Below are positions 19,011 through 28,023 of a DNA stretch of 64,000 bases, in pieces (position 1 is the first letter of the stretch; each line of letters opens with the position of its first letter). The stretch lies in assembly GCA_944392105.1 (NCBI GenBank), contig CALXVM010000007.1:3624-67623 (forward strand). Reading direction: 5' to 3'. Both the position numbers and the translations under genes were made by a program. Below the pieces are notes generated by a model, which was given only the letters and a program-made list of their open reading frames with translations, was not told the DNA's origin and ran no database searches. Source of the DNA: an uncultured Clostridia bacterium (GTDB lineage: Bacteria > Bacillota > Clostridia > TANB77 > CAG-508).

Positions 19011-19400
19011 TCAAGTAGTTGGGAATAATTCATTAGTAAATTGCATAATTACTGATACTATAGTAGATATTGCAAATACCAAGAATGCTCCTATTAAGTA
19101 AGGAAGCATACTTTTTTTATATTCTGCTCTTTCTTCTATACTTCCAACCATATATTTTATACCTAATACAACTAATGTTATAACAGAAACTGCCATCCCT
19201 ATTCCTGTAATATATCCTATAATCGGCTTTACCTTATCTATAGCAGTCTGTGTATCCTCAGTAGTTAGTGTAGGTGGTTTCTTTATAGTACTAGGATCTA
19301 ATGTTCCTTGTCCATACACCCCAGATAAACTAAACAAAAACATGCAACATATAAGTAATAATATTATTCTATTAACTAGCTTTTTTGTATTGTTACTCAT
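19011..19400 (-). CDS. VirB2/TrbC-like T4SS pilin paralog 3
   Basis: TGIGMAVSVITLVVLGIKYMVGSIEERAEYKKSMLPYLIGAFLVFAIS, close paralog of 18117..18497. Confidence 0.65.
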   Translation of the reverse strand: MSNNTKKLVNRIILLLICCMFLFSLSGVYGQGTLDPSTIKKPPTLTTEDTQTAIDKVKPIIGYITGIGMAVSVITLVVLGIKYMVGSIEERAEYKKSMLPYLIGAFLVFAISTIVSVIMQFTNELFPTT

Positions 19401-19497
19401 AACTACTCCTTTTAAGTGTATTATTTATATGATAGCATACTTTTTTTTATTTTTCTACATATTTTTTTAATTTGTAATAAAAATGTAAAAAAAATAA

Positions 19498-19555
19498 AGG
19501 TTTATTATTTTTTATATGTGCTTAACATTCGTACAATATAAAAAATAATAAACCT
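19498..19555 (-). terminator. long-stem terminator after the Spo0E-like gene
   Basis: 18-bp perfect inverted repeat AGGTTTATTATTTTTTAT / ATAAAAAATAATAAACCT with a 22-nt loop, then a T-run on the minus strand. Confidence 0.6.
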
Positions 19556-19581
19556 ATTTTATATGTATTTCCCTAATATTT

Positions 19582-19788
19582 TTATTTTTCTTTAAACAAT
19601 TCTTGTATCTCTTTTATACTTTTTCTCTTCTTCTTTGGTTTTGGCTTTAGTGTTATTGTTGTTCTGTAGTATTTTGCAATTAATTCGTCTAATTCTACGC
19701 TTATTTTATATGTAATGCTGTAATCGTCGTTATTGATTATACTTTCGTTTAGTTTTTCTCTTAATCTACAAATCTCATCATTTAACAT
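19582..19788 (-). CDS. Spo0E-family aspartyl-phosphate phosphatase-like protein
   Basis: Start moved to MLNDEICRLREKL (AAGGAGAG 7 nt upstream). ISVELDELIAKYY matches the Spo0E SQELDxLI-type helix. Confidence 0.6.
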   Translation of the reverse strand: MLNDEICRLREKLNESIINNDDYSITYKISVELDELIAKYYRTTITLKPKPKKKRKSIKEIQELFKEK

Positions 19789-20005
19789 ATAATCACTCTC
19801 CTTTTTATGCAATTTTCATTTTGTACATATTAAAAATACCATATTTTTACATATAAGTCAACGAATTTTCCCATTATTAGCAGGTTTTTGCATAATTTTC
19901 GAGTGACTTTTTATTCTATTTTTTTACTTTTTTCGACATTAAGTGATTTTTGATTACAGCATACATAAAAATCCCTAAAAATATGATGAAAATAGCTAAA
20001 GAATT

Positions 20006-21280
20006 TTATTTAGGATTTACTATTGATAATATTTCATTTTTCTCATTAAATACTTCTTTTAAAATGCCTTCTGTATATTCTTTTGTTACTGTATTAAATT
20101 CTTCTATATAGTCAAAGCTATTTATTCCTTTCATTTTATCTGCTAAAAACATTCTAGCAATATCTGCAACACTATTATATTCTATAGCGTAGTCTCCATA
20201 TATTTTCTTTTTTATTCTTTTAAAATGTTCTTCATCCAAGCCATTTTTAATATATTTTTCAACTTGTTTTGTTATTTCTTCATATATTTTTCTTGGATTT
20301 TTAGACTGTCCATATATTGTAACATGTGCGTATTCATTATTAAATTCGTAGTCAAAATTTGGCTCACTAAGTAAAATGTTTTCTTCATATAATTTCTTAT
20401 ATAATTCGGAACTTTTTCCTATTAACATGTTTAATATAATTTCAATAGCAATATGTCTTTTTACTAAATTTTCCTTGTTCTTTGTAGCATCTTTGTATCC
20501 CACAAGAAATAGCGGATTACTTAATTCCATTTTGACTTCCGTTTCTTTCTTATTTATTTCTGTTTCTTCTTTAGCATATATTCTTTTTATTTCTCCTTGA
20601 TTTTCTTTTGGAACTGACCTTTTCTTTATCTCATTTAGTAGCTTTTCTGGTTCAAAGTCACCACAAACTACCATTGTCATGTTAGATGGATTATAAAATG
20701 TATTATAACATTTGTATAACACGTCTGGAGTTATTTTACTTATTGATTCTACTGTTCCTGCAATATCTATCTTTATTGGATTTTCTTTGTACATACAATC
20801 CATTGCATTTATATAAAGTTGCCAACTTGGGTCATCGTCATACATTCCAATTTCTTGACCTATTATTCCTTTTTCTTTTTCTACATTTTCTTCTGTAAAA
20901 TATGGATGTTGTACATAATCCATTAACTCATCTAATCCTTCATAAAAGTTGTCTGTACATTCAAACAAATATGCAGTATGGTCATTAGATGTATATGCAT
21001 TTGCATCAATGCCAAGTGCCATTAAGATGTCTAAACTGTTAGTTCCGTTAGGCTGTTCGAACATTTTGTGTTCCAAAAAATGTGCTACTCCGTCTGGTAT
21101 ATATACTTCTTCTCCAGTTGTTGGCATTATAAAATGATTATCTATAGAACCAAAATGTGTTCCCCATATTACATATTTTTTTATAGCATTTTTCTTAGGT
21201 ATTATTATTACGTCCATACCATTTTCTAATTTTTCTATATATGCTTTTTCTTTTATCTTTGAACTTTCAATTATTTTCAT
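20006..21280 (-). CDS. M16-family (insulinase/pitrilysin) zinc peptidase
   Basis: HFLEH (HxxEH) zinc motif. Start moved to MKIIESS after GGAG. Confidence 0.8.
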   Translation of the reverse strand: MKIIESSKIKEKAYIEKLENGMDVIIIPKKNAIKKYVIWGTHFGSIDNHFIMPTTGEEVYIPDGVAHFLEHKMFEQPNGTNSLDILMALGIDANAYTSNDHTAYLFECTDNFYEGLDELMDYVQHPYFTEENVEKEKGIIGQEIGMYDDDPSWQLYINAMDCMYKENPIKIDIAGTVESISKITPDVLYKCYNTFYNPSNMTMVVCGDFEPEKLLNEIKKRSVPKENQGEIKRIYAKEETEINKKETEVKMELSNPLFLVGYKDATKNKENLVKRHIAIEIILNMLIGKSSELYKKLYEENILLSEPNFDYEFNNEYAHVTIYGQSKNPRKIYEEITKQVEKYIKNGLDEEHFKRIKKKIYGDYAIEYNSVADIARMFLADKMKGINSFDYIEEFNTVTKEYTEGILKEVFNEKNEILSIVNPK

Positions 21281-21312
21281 TAGATTTTCTCCTTCCGTAA
21301 GCAATATACTTC

Positions 21313-22575
21313 TTAGTTTTTCAAAAAATAAATTGTATTAATATTAATTTTATTTGCTATTTCTATAATTTGCTCTCTTGTGGTATTTTGTATTTTTTCT
21401 TCATATTCTTTTATTGTTATATGTTCACCTGATAATTCTTGTCCATAATCATATGTTATTTCTGTATCTTGTTCTGCCGAAATACTTTTTATACTTGAAA
21501 TGATTAATTTTTTAGAATCTTCTACGTCTTCGTCTGTAAAGTTTCCTTTTTTCATATCTTCTAGCTGTTCTTTTATAGTTTCTAAAGCTTTTTTATACTT
21601 GTCTATGTCTATTCCGCAATGAATTAATATAATATTTTTAGTTCTTATATAGCTTGAACTTGCAGTATATGCTAAACTATTTTTTTCTCTTACATTTTGG
21701 AATAATTTAGAGTTTGCTCCTCCACCTAAAACAGCATTATATACAGAGGCTGCAAATCTTGAGTCTTTGTTATTATCATTTATTTGCAGACCTAAGACTA
21801 ATTTTCCCTGAGTTATATCCATACTATCTTCAATTATTTTAGGTTGTTCTATATTTTTCTTTTCTGTTGTTTCATTATTTACTATATATTCTGCTTTTCT
21901 TGATTCAATTTTATTTTCTTGTAATTTCTTATTTATTATTTCTTCTGTTTTATTATCATTAAATAGCCCCGAATAATAAATATCAATTTTGCAATTTTGT
22001 ATTAATTTTTTATAATATTCATATAAGCTCTCAGGAGTTATGTTTTCCAAATCTTCAATATAACCATATTTATATAGCCCATATGGTTCACCCTTAAATA
22101 TTTCTTCTATGCATCTATCTAAAGCATATCTTGATTTATTATCTATTTTACCATTTATAATTTGTTTTAAGTTTTCTTTTTCACTGTCTACGTATTCTTT
22201 CTTAAAACCATTATTTTCTATTAAAGGATTTGTTACTATGTCTAACAAAATATTTATACATTTTTGTGTTAGTTCTTCTTTCTCTGGTAAAAATTCTTCA
22301 TTTAAAGCTTCTAAATAAAATTTTATAATATGATTATCCCCTGTTTTTTCTATTCCGCAATCAAAACTTGCTCCATACATTTCTTCTAGCTCTTTACTAA
22401 TTTTGTCTTGAGATGGAATAGACATAGTTCCTCTTCTTAATACAGCTGCAATTAAAGCGTCTTTTGTGACATTTTCTCTACTTAGCGGAGTTGCTAAGAA
22501 AACTGCATACAAATTGGTTTTAAACTGATTGGTTTCTATTTTATGAATTTTTATTCCTTCCATATTAAATTTCAA
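21313..22575 (-). CDS. M16-family peptidase-like protein (non-catalytic partner, no HxxEH seen)
   Basis: Paired with the downstream M16 gene as in ymfF/ymfH-type operons. Similar length and fold-typical pattern. Confidence 0.7.
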   Translation of the reverse strand: MKFNMEGIKIHKIETNQFKTNLYAVFLATPLSRENVTKDALIAAVLRRGTMSIPSQDKISKELEEMYGASFDCGIEKTGDNHIIKFYLEALNEEFLPEKEELTQKCINILLDIVTNPLIENNGFKKEYVDSEKENLKQIINGKIDNKSRYALDRCIEEIFKGEPYGLYKYGYIEDLENITPESLYEYYKKLIQNCKIDIYYSGLFNDNKTEEIINKKLQENKIESRKAEYIVNNETTEKKNIEQPKIIEDSMDITQGKLVLGLQINDNNKDSRFAASVYNAVLGGGANSKLFQNVREKNSLAYTASSSYIRTKNIILIHCGIDIDKYKKALETIKEQLEDMKKGNFTDEDVEDSKKLIISSIKSISAEQDTEITYDYGQELSGEHITIKEYEEKIQNTTREQIIEIANKININTIYFLKN

Positions 22576-22947
22576 TCCTTTCTTTATGTAATTTTGTTAT
22601 ATAAATATTTTTTATTTAACTTATATTCTATAAACTTTATTATTTTTCTATTTTATGCTTTTGGGTATTAGGTATTTGGTGTATGGTGTTTTTTATTTTG
22701 TGTTTTGCTTTTTTTATTTTTTATAATTTCCAATTTATAATGAATTTATATATTTAACTTTTCTTATTATAATACATTTTTGGAAATTTTATACACTTTT
22801 TATAAATTTATAATATTTTTATATTACTTTTGCACTTTTAAGGTATTATTTATAGTGTAAAATTCACAACTTATACGCTTTTTGTGGATTTTATTTGTAT
22901 ATAACTTATATTTTTATATTTAATTATAGCTATATGCAAAGTGCAAT

Positions 22948-22981
22948 TTAAAAGGCGCTTTCAAATAATTGAAAAACGCCC
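22948..22981 (-). terminator. rpsU terminator
   Basis: GGCGTTTTTCAA-TTAT-TTGAAAGCGCC hairpin followed by TTTTAAATT on the minus strand. Confidence 0.65.
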
Positions 22982-23000
22982 GTATATATGTAATTATTAA

Positions 23001-23171
23001 TTAAAATTTTCTTTTTCTAGCTGCCTCTGATTTTTTCTTTCTTTTAACGCTTGGCTTTTCATAGTGTTCTCTTTTTCTAACTTCTTGAAGAACTCCATTT
23101 CTAGCGCATTGTCTCTTAAATCTCTTTAAGGCATCCTCTATATTCCCATTATTAACTTTAACCTCTGACAT
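23001..23171 (-). CDS. rpsU: 30S ribosomal protein S21
   Basis: Not in the ORF track (56 aa). Hand translation gives [70 protein letters not shown] upstream. Confidence 0.9.
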   Translation of the reverse strand: MSEVKVNNGNIEDALKRFKRQCARNGVLQEVRKREHYEKPSVKRKKKSEAARKRKF

Positions 23172-23257
23172 AATTTCCCCTCCCTTCAGTAATTACACTC
23201 TTACGTGTGGGATTTTCTTTACAAGAGCTAAAATATTTATGCTCTACCATGCAATTA

Positions 23258-23286
23258 ATTATACTAATCTTGGTTAAATTTGTCAA
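23258..23286 (-). promoter_or_regulatory. consensus sigma-A promoter of rpsU
   Basis: Minus strand TTGACA - 17 nt - TATAAT, ~80 nt upstream of the rpsU ATG. Confidence 0.65.
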
Positions 23287-23349
23287 TATTTCTAAAAAAA
23301 TTTATAGGCTATTATAAAAATTAGGACAAATAGACTTGTCCTAATCGTT

Positions 23350-23850
23350 TTATCTTATATCTTTGTAAAGTTCTACCTTGCCAGTTTTTAAACTATTTTG
23401 TACATCAATTACTCTTTGGTTTGAAGAGCCATTGTATTTTAATCTTGGGTCTCTTAGCTCATCTACATACTGTCCATCTACTAAAACGTCAATATATTTT
23501 AGCACTTCTTTATTTTGCAAATCTCTATCAAATAGAAATCCTGTCCAAACCCATAAATTCTTATTTGGAAATTTCTCTTTAAACTTTTTTGCAAGTTCAG
23601 TTGTTCCTTCTATATTAATTGGATGCATTGGTTCTCCACCTAATATAGATAAACCTTCAATATGCTCATTTTCACATAACTTTAGTACTTCATTTATGAC
23701 ATCTTCTGTAAACTCTTCTCCCCCCATAAAGTCGTGTGTCTCTGGATTAAAGCAATTTTTACAATTAAATGTACATCCTTGCATAAATATAGAAACTCTA
23801 ACTCCTGGTCCATTTGAAATATCCATTTTTCTAACTTTATTATATCTCAT
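23350..23850 (-). CDS. nrdG: anaerobic ribonucleoside-triphosphate reductase activating protein (radical SAM)
   Basis: CTFNCKNC radical-SAM cluster motif. 166 aa. Downstream of nrdD. Confidence 0.9.
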   Translation of the reverse strand: MRYNKVRKMDISNGPGVRVSIFMQGCTFNCKNCFNPETHDFMGGEEFTEDVINEVLKLCENEHIEGLSILGGEPMHPINIEGTTELAKKFKEKFPNKNLWVWTGFLFDRDLQNKEVLKYIDVLVDGQYVDELRDPRLKYNGSSNQRVIDVQNSLKTGKVELYKDIR

Positions 23851-23895
23851 ATTATCTGCCTCTTTTTTCTTTATTTTGCTTATTTAACTAGCCTT

Positions 23896-24043
23896 TTATA
23901 AGAAGAAATATAATGAATTCGATAGCACCGCGCAGCGACCAAACGTAGCGTAAGCGAAGTGCGATTGGAGCAGCCAACTTACATTAAAGATTTGAAGGTT
24001 GCGACCAGCAAGGTGCAAGAATTATTATATTTCTTCTTAATAA
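23896..24043. repeat. inverted-repeat-flanked GC-rich insert in the nrdD-nrdG spacer
   Basis: ~24-bp arms (TTATAAGAAGAAATATAATGAATTC / GAATTATTATATTTCTTCTTAATAA, two 1-nt bulges) enclosing a 98-nt core that I count at about 51% GC. Confidence 0.6.
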
Positions 24044-24068
24044 AGTAAGTCTTATCATAAGATTATTT

Positions 24069-26261
24069 CTAAACAGCTACTTTTGTTTTTTCTTTTTTTG
24101 GCATTTCTGCATCTTTGTTGTCTATATGAAGTACTCTTTCTTTTATTTCTTGTGTTCTTCCTTTATTCCAGAATTGGCTTCCTATATATCCACAAGTTCT
24201 TCTTGCTACATTTAATGTATCATGGTTTCTATTTCCGCAATTTGGGCAATACCATTCTAGATTATCATCTATCAAAATTTCTCCATCAAATCCACATACT
24301 TGGCAGTAATCTGATTTTGTATTTAGTTCTGCATACATAATATTATCATAGATAAATTTAATAATTTGTAATACAGATTCTATATTGTTTTGTAGGTTTG
24401 GTGTCTCTATATATGATATAGCTCCTCCTGGGCTTAATTGTTGGAATTGACTTTCTATACTTAGTTTAGAGAATGCATCAATTTCTTCAAATACAGGAAT
24501 ATGATATGAATTTGTTATATAGTCTCTATCTGTTATTCCTTCTATTACACCAAATCTCTTCTTTAAGCATTTTGCAAATTTGTATGTTGTAGATTCTATT
24601 GGTGTTCCATAAACGCTGTAATCTATATCTTCTGCTGCTTTCCATTCTTTACATTTGTCGTTTAACTTTTGCATTACTTTAATACCAAAGTCTTTTCCTT
24701 CTCCATTATCTGTATGGCTATGGTCTGTCATATATTTTACGCACTCATATAGTCCGGCATATCCAAGAGATATTGTTGAATATCCTCCATGTAGTAATGG
24801 ATGTATGCTTTCACCTTTCTTTAGTCTTGCCAAAGCTCCATTTTGCCAAAGAATAGGTGCTACATCGCTCGTAACTTTGCTTAATCTTTCATGTCTTACT
24901 TGTAATGCTCTATGGCATAGTTCTAGTCTTTCGTCAAATATTTTCCAGAACTTGTCCATATCTTTATCTGATGATAATGCTACATCTACTAAGTTTATTG
25001 TTACAACACCTTGATTAAATCTTCCATAATACTTAGGTTTATTTGTTTTTGGATCTACATATGGTGTTAGGAATGAACGGCATCCCATACAAGGATAGCA
25101 ATTTCCATTTCCATTTTTATCTATTTTTAGTTCTAACATTTTCTTTTCTGAGATATAGTCTGGAACCATTCTTTTTGCAGTACATTTTGCTGCAAGTTCT
25201 GTTAAATACCAATATGGACTATCTTCTGTAATATTGTCTTTTTCTAATACATATAATAATTTAGGGAACGCTGGAGTAATGTAAACTCCTTTTTCGTTTT
25301 TAAATCCTTCAATTCTTTGTTTTAAGAATTCTTCTATTACCATTGCAAGTTCTTTTTTATATTCTTTAGTTTCTCCTAAGTACATATTTACAGATAAGAA
25401 AGGTGCTTGTCCATTTGTATTAGTCATAGAGTTTACTTGATAATTAAATGTTTGTACTCCGTCAGCTATTTCTTTTTTAGTATCTTGTTCTGCATATTCT
25501 TTGCATTGTTTCTCACTTAAGCCTCTTTCTTTATATTTTTTGTAATATCTTTCATAACTACTTCTTACGAAAGGAGCTAAGTGTGTAAGTGATACTGTTG
25601 CACCACCATAAGTAGAAGATGTAACAGCTAATATAATTTGTGTTGCAATTGTCATAGCTGTTAAAAATCTATGTGGTTTTTCTATCATTACACCATTCAT
25701 TATAGTTCCATTTTGTAACATATCGTCTAAGTTAATTAATTCACAGTTTGTTAATGCATTTTGAGCAAAATAGTCTGCATCATGGAAATGTATTATTCCT
25801 TCGTCATGAGCTTCCACAACATCTTTTGGTAACAAAAATCTTCTTGTTATATCTGTACTTGTAATTCCTGCTAAGTAATCTCTTTGTGTTGTTACAACTC
25901 TTGCATTTTTGTTAGAGTTTTCGTTATTCCAATAGTCGCTTTCTCCGTCAATTAATTCTTTAATTGATTGATCTGTTGTGTTTGCTTTTCTTACTAATTC
26001 TCTAGTATAACGGTATGTTATGTATTTTTTAGCTAAAAGATATTTTTCACATTCCATTAACTTTTCTTCAATGATATCTTGAATATCTTCAACAAGAATT
26101 CTTTTTTTATCTAATCCTTCAACATATTCAATAATTCCCTTAATATCTTCTTTACTTGCTCTTTCTCTTGGTTTTACTTCTGCATTAGCTTTTCCTATTG
26201 CTGCTGCTATTTTTTGTCTGTCAAAGTCTACTATCCTTCCATCTCTTTTAATTACTTGCAT
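24069..26261 (-). CDS. nrdD: anaerobic ribonucleoside-triphosphate reductase (class III)
   Basis: C-terminal glycyl-radical motif RRTCGYIG and Zn-ribbon CQVCG..CPNCG. 730 aa. Confidence 0.95.
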   Translation of the reverse strand: MQVIKRDGRIVDFDRQKIAAAIGKANAEVKPRERASKEDIKGIIEYVEGLDKKRILVEDIQDIIEEKLMECEKYLLAKKYITYRYTRELVRKANTTDQSIKELIDGESDYWNNENSNKNARVVTTQRDYLAGITSTDITRRFLLPKDVVEAHDEGIIHFHDADYFAQNALTNCELINLDDMLQNGTIMNGVMIEKPHRFLTAMTIATQIILAVTSSTYGGATVSLTHLAPFVRSSYERYYKKYKERGLSEKQCKEYAEQDTKKEIADGVQTFNYQVNSMTNTNGQAPFLSVNMYLGETKEYKKELAMVIEEFLKQRIEGFKNEKGVYITPAFPKLLYVLEKDNITEDSPYWYLTELAAKCTAKRMVPDYISEKKMLELKIDKNGNGNCYPCMGCRSFLTPYVDPKTNKPKYYGRFNQGVVTINLVDVALSSDKDMDKFWKIFDERLELCHRALQVRHERLSKVTSDVAPILWQNGALARLKKGESIHPLLHGGYSTISLGYAGLYECVKYMTDHSHTDNGEGKDFGIKVMQKLNDKCKEWKAAEDIDYSVYGTPIESTTYKFAKCLKKRFGVIEGITDRDYITNSYHIPVFEEIDAFSKLSIESQFQQLSPGGAISYIETPNLQNNIESVLQIIKFIYDNIMYAELNTKSDYCQVCGFDGEILIDDNLEWYCPNCGNRNHDTLNVARRTCGYIGSQFWNKGRTQEIKERVLHIDNKDAEMPKKEKTKVAV

Positions 26262-27008
26262 TTTTTGTTCCCCCTTATTAATGTTTTATATTACTCTTTT
26301 AATTTTAAAGAGATTATCATTTGTTATTTACTAAATTTTCTTTTAAACTTTTACTTTTTCTTCATCTTGTTTGTAATGCTATATTAATCCAGTATTTTTA
26401 TAATGTCAAACGCATATATTTTATGTAATTCGAACGGCTTTTTTATTAATTTTTCAACGGTTTCCAGTGTTTTTGTCAATATGTCACTAATATTAGGATT
26501 ATGTATCCTTTTCTTAGAACTCTCTTGTTTATTGCATTTTTTTATGTCTTTTATGAAATGTTACAAAAATATTACATTTTTATTACATTTTCCGTTTTTT
26601 GTGTATTTTTCAGTACTTTTGGGCTTCTAATCCTTGAAGCGCATGAGTTTCACGTTTTTTATTTTTTCTTTTATATTTTTTAAGTTTCTAAAAAATGATT
26701 TTTTTACTTTTTCTATTTTTTGTATTATATTTCGAAATGCATTTATAATGTTTTTCTTTTATTTCTATTGTTGCTAGTGTGTTTTATATCTTTTTGTATT
26801 TTTATTTTTTATTTTAAAAATCGAAAACTTTTAAAAAATCATTTTTTCAAGTTTTCGATTTTCAGGTTAACATTTTTGTTTTTTTATTTTTTCTATAAAA
26901 AATATTTTTTCAGTATAATTGTAATATTGTATTTATTAATACTTTTAAGGTGTTTTTTGACTTTTTGAGTGTGTATTTTCGTGTCTTTATGACAATTATT
27001 TGTTATTT

Positions 27009-28019
27009 TTAGTAATTTTTAATTGAATTTTCCGCAAATTCGTTATTTATTACTTTATTATATGGTGCTTCTTTGTCTAATTCTCCAGCTTCTTTCATAA
27101 CAGTTTGTAATCTATTAAATGCTTCTTCTTTTAATATTGGAGTATCATTCCAAGCATCTATATCCATATAACTTTGTATTGATTTTGTTAGCATATCTAA
27201 GTCTGTATCTGGGAAAAAGTCTTGTATTACTTCTGCTATTTCCTTTGCAGAATGTTGTTTTACCCATTGTTGTCCTTTATATATAGCATTTGTAAATCCT
27301 TGAATGACATCCTTATTTTCTTCTATATAACTCTTTTTTGCAAAATATGCAGTATATGGAATTTCTCCTGATGCTTCTCCTACAGATGCTACAACATAAC
27401 CTTTCCCAGCCTCTTCTGTCATTGAAGCTGTTGGCTCAAACAAGGTTACATATTCTGCGTCTCCTCCTGCAAAAGCTCCTGCCATTAAGTCGAATTTTAT
27501 ACTATCATCTAAATTCACATCTGTTTCTGGGTCTATTCCATTTTGTTTTAATACATATTCAAAAGTCATATATGGCACTCCGCCTTTTCTACCAGGTATT
27601 ACAGTTTTTCCTTTTAAATCGTTCCAACTAAAATTGTCTGTATCTGTTTTACTTACTAAAAACGATCCGTCTCTTTTGGTCATTTGTGCAAAAACTTCTG
27701 CATAGTCTTCTTTCCCCTCATTATAAACATATATTGATGCTTCTGGTCCTGCAAATCCTATATCACTTTGACCAGCTAACACCGCTGTCATTACTTTGTC
27801 TGCACCTTGCCCTGTAGTAAGTTCTATTTCTAGTCCCTCTTTTTTAAAAAAGCCATTGTTTATAGCAACATATTGAGGTGCATAGAATACAGAACGTGCT
27901 ACTTCGTTTACACTAATTTTCTTTAAGTCATTATCATTTGTTTTATTATTCATACTGTATATTACTGCTCCTGCAATAATAACAGCAACAATTATAATAA
28001 TTACTAATATTTTTTTCAC
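27009..28019 (-). CDS. ABC transporter substrate-binding protein (NMT1/THI5-like, NitT/TauT family)
   Basis: N-terminal anchor/signal. Family-typical pattern GFAGPEA..VFAQMTKRDGSFLV. Last gene of the ATPase-permease-SBP operon. Confidence 0.7.
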   Translation of the reverse strand: MKKILVIIIIVAVIIAGAVIYSMNNKTNDNDLKKISVNEVARSVFYAPQYVAINNGFFKKEGLEIELTTGQGADKVMTAVLAGQSDIGFAGPEASIYVYNEGKEDYAEVFAQMTKRDGSFLVSKTDTDNFSWNDLKGKTVIPGRKGGVPYMTFEYVLKQNGIDPETDVNLDDSIKFDLMAGAFAGGDAEYVTLFEPTASMTEEAGKGYVVASVGEASGEIPYTAYFAKKSYIEENKDVIQGFTNAIYKGQQWVKQHSAKEIAEVIQDFFPDTDLDMLTKSIQSYMDIDAWNDTPILKEEAFNRLQTVMKEAGELDKEAPYNKVINNEFAENSIKNY

Positions 28020-28023
28020 AATT

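Noticed and set aside
19966-19985. 17-nt match AAAAATCCCTAAAAATA shared with the tRNA-cluster terminator at 2621-2637
   Set aside because: At 19966 the complementary half is missing, so no hairpin forms. A short AT-rich match is likely a terminator remnant or chance.
23378-23887. 169-aa plus-strand ORF opposite nrdG. Similar long antisense ORFs occur at 28406..28996, 30586..31155 and 62657..63313.
   Set aside because: Each lies fully inside a minus-strand gene with unambiguous family motifs (radical SAM, ABC permease/ATPase, GH25-LysM, AAA+). The translations are low-complexity S/F/L-rich with no SD.
26262-26500. Looked for NrdR boxes upstream of nrdD
   Set aside because: Only weak partial matches (e.g. 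ACATAAAATATATGCG). These cannot be distinguished from AT-rich background by eye, so a matrix scan is needed.
26403-26968. Several 60-82-aa plus-strand ORFs in the T-rich tract upstream of nrdD (also 33349..33840 upstream of comM)
   Set aside because: Phe/Leu/Ile-only translations caused by poly-T composition. They overlap one another and lack SD sequences.
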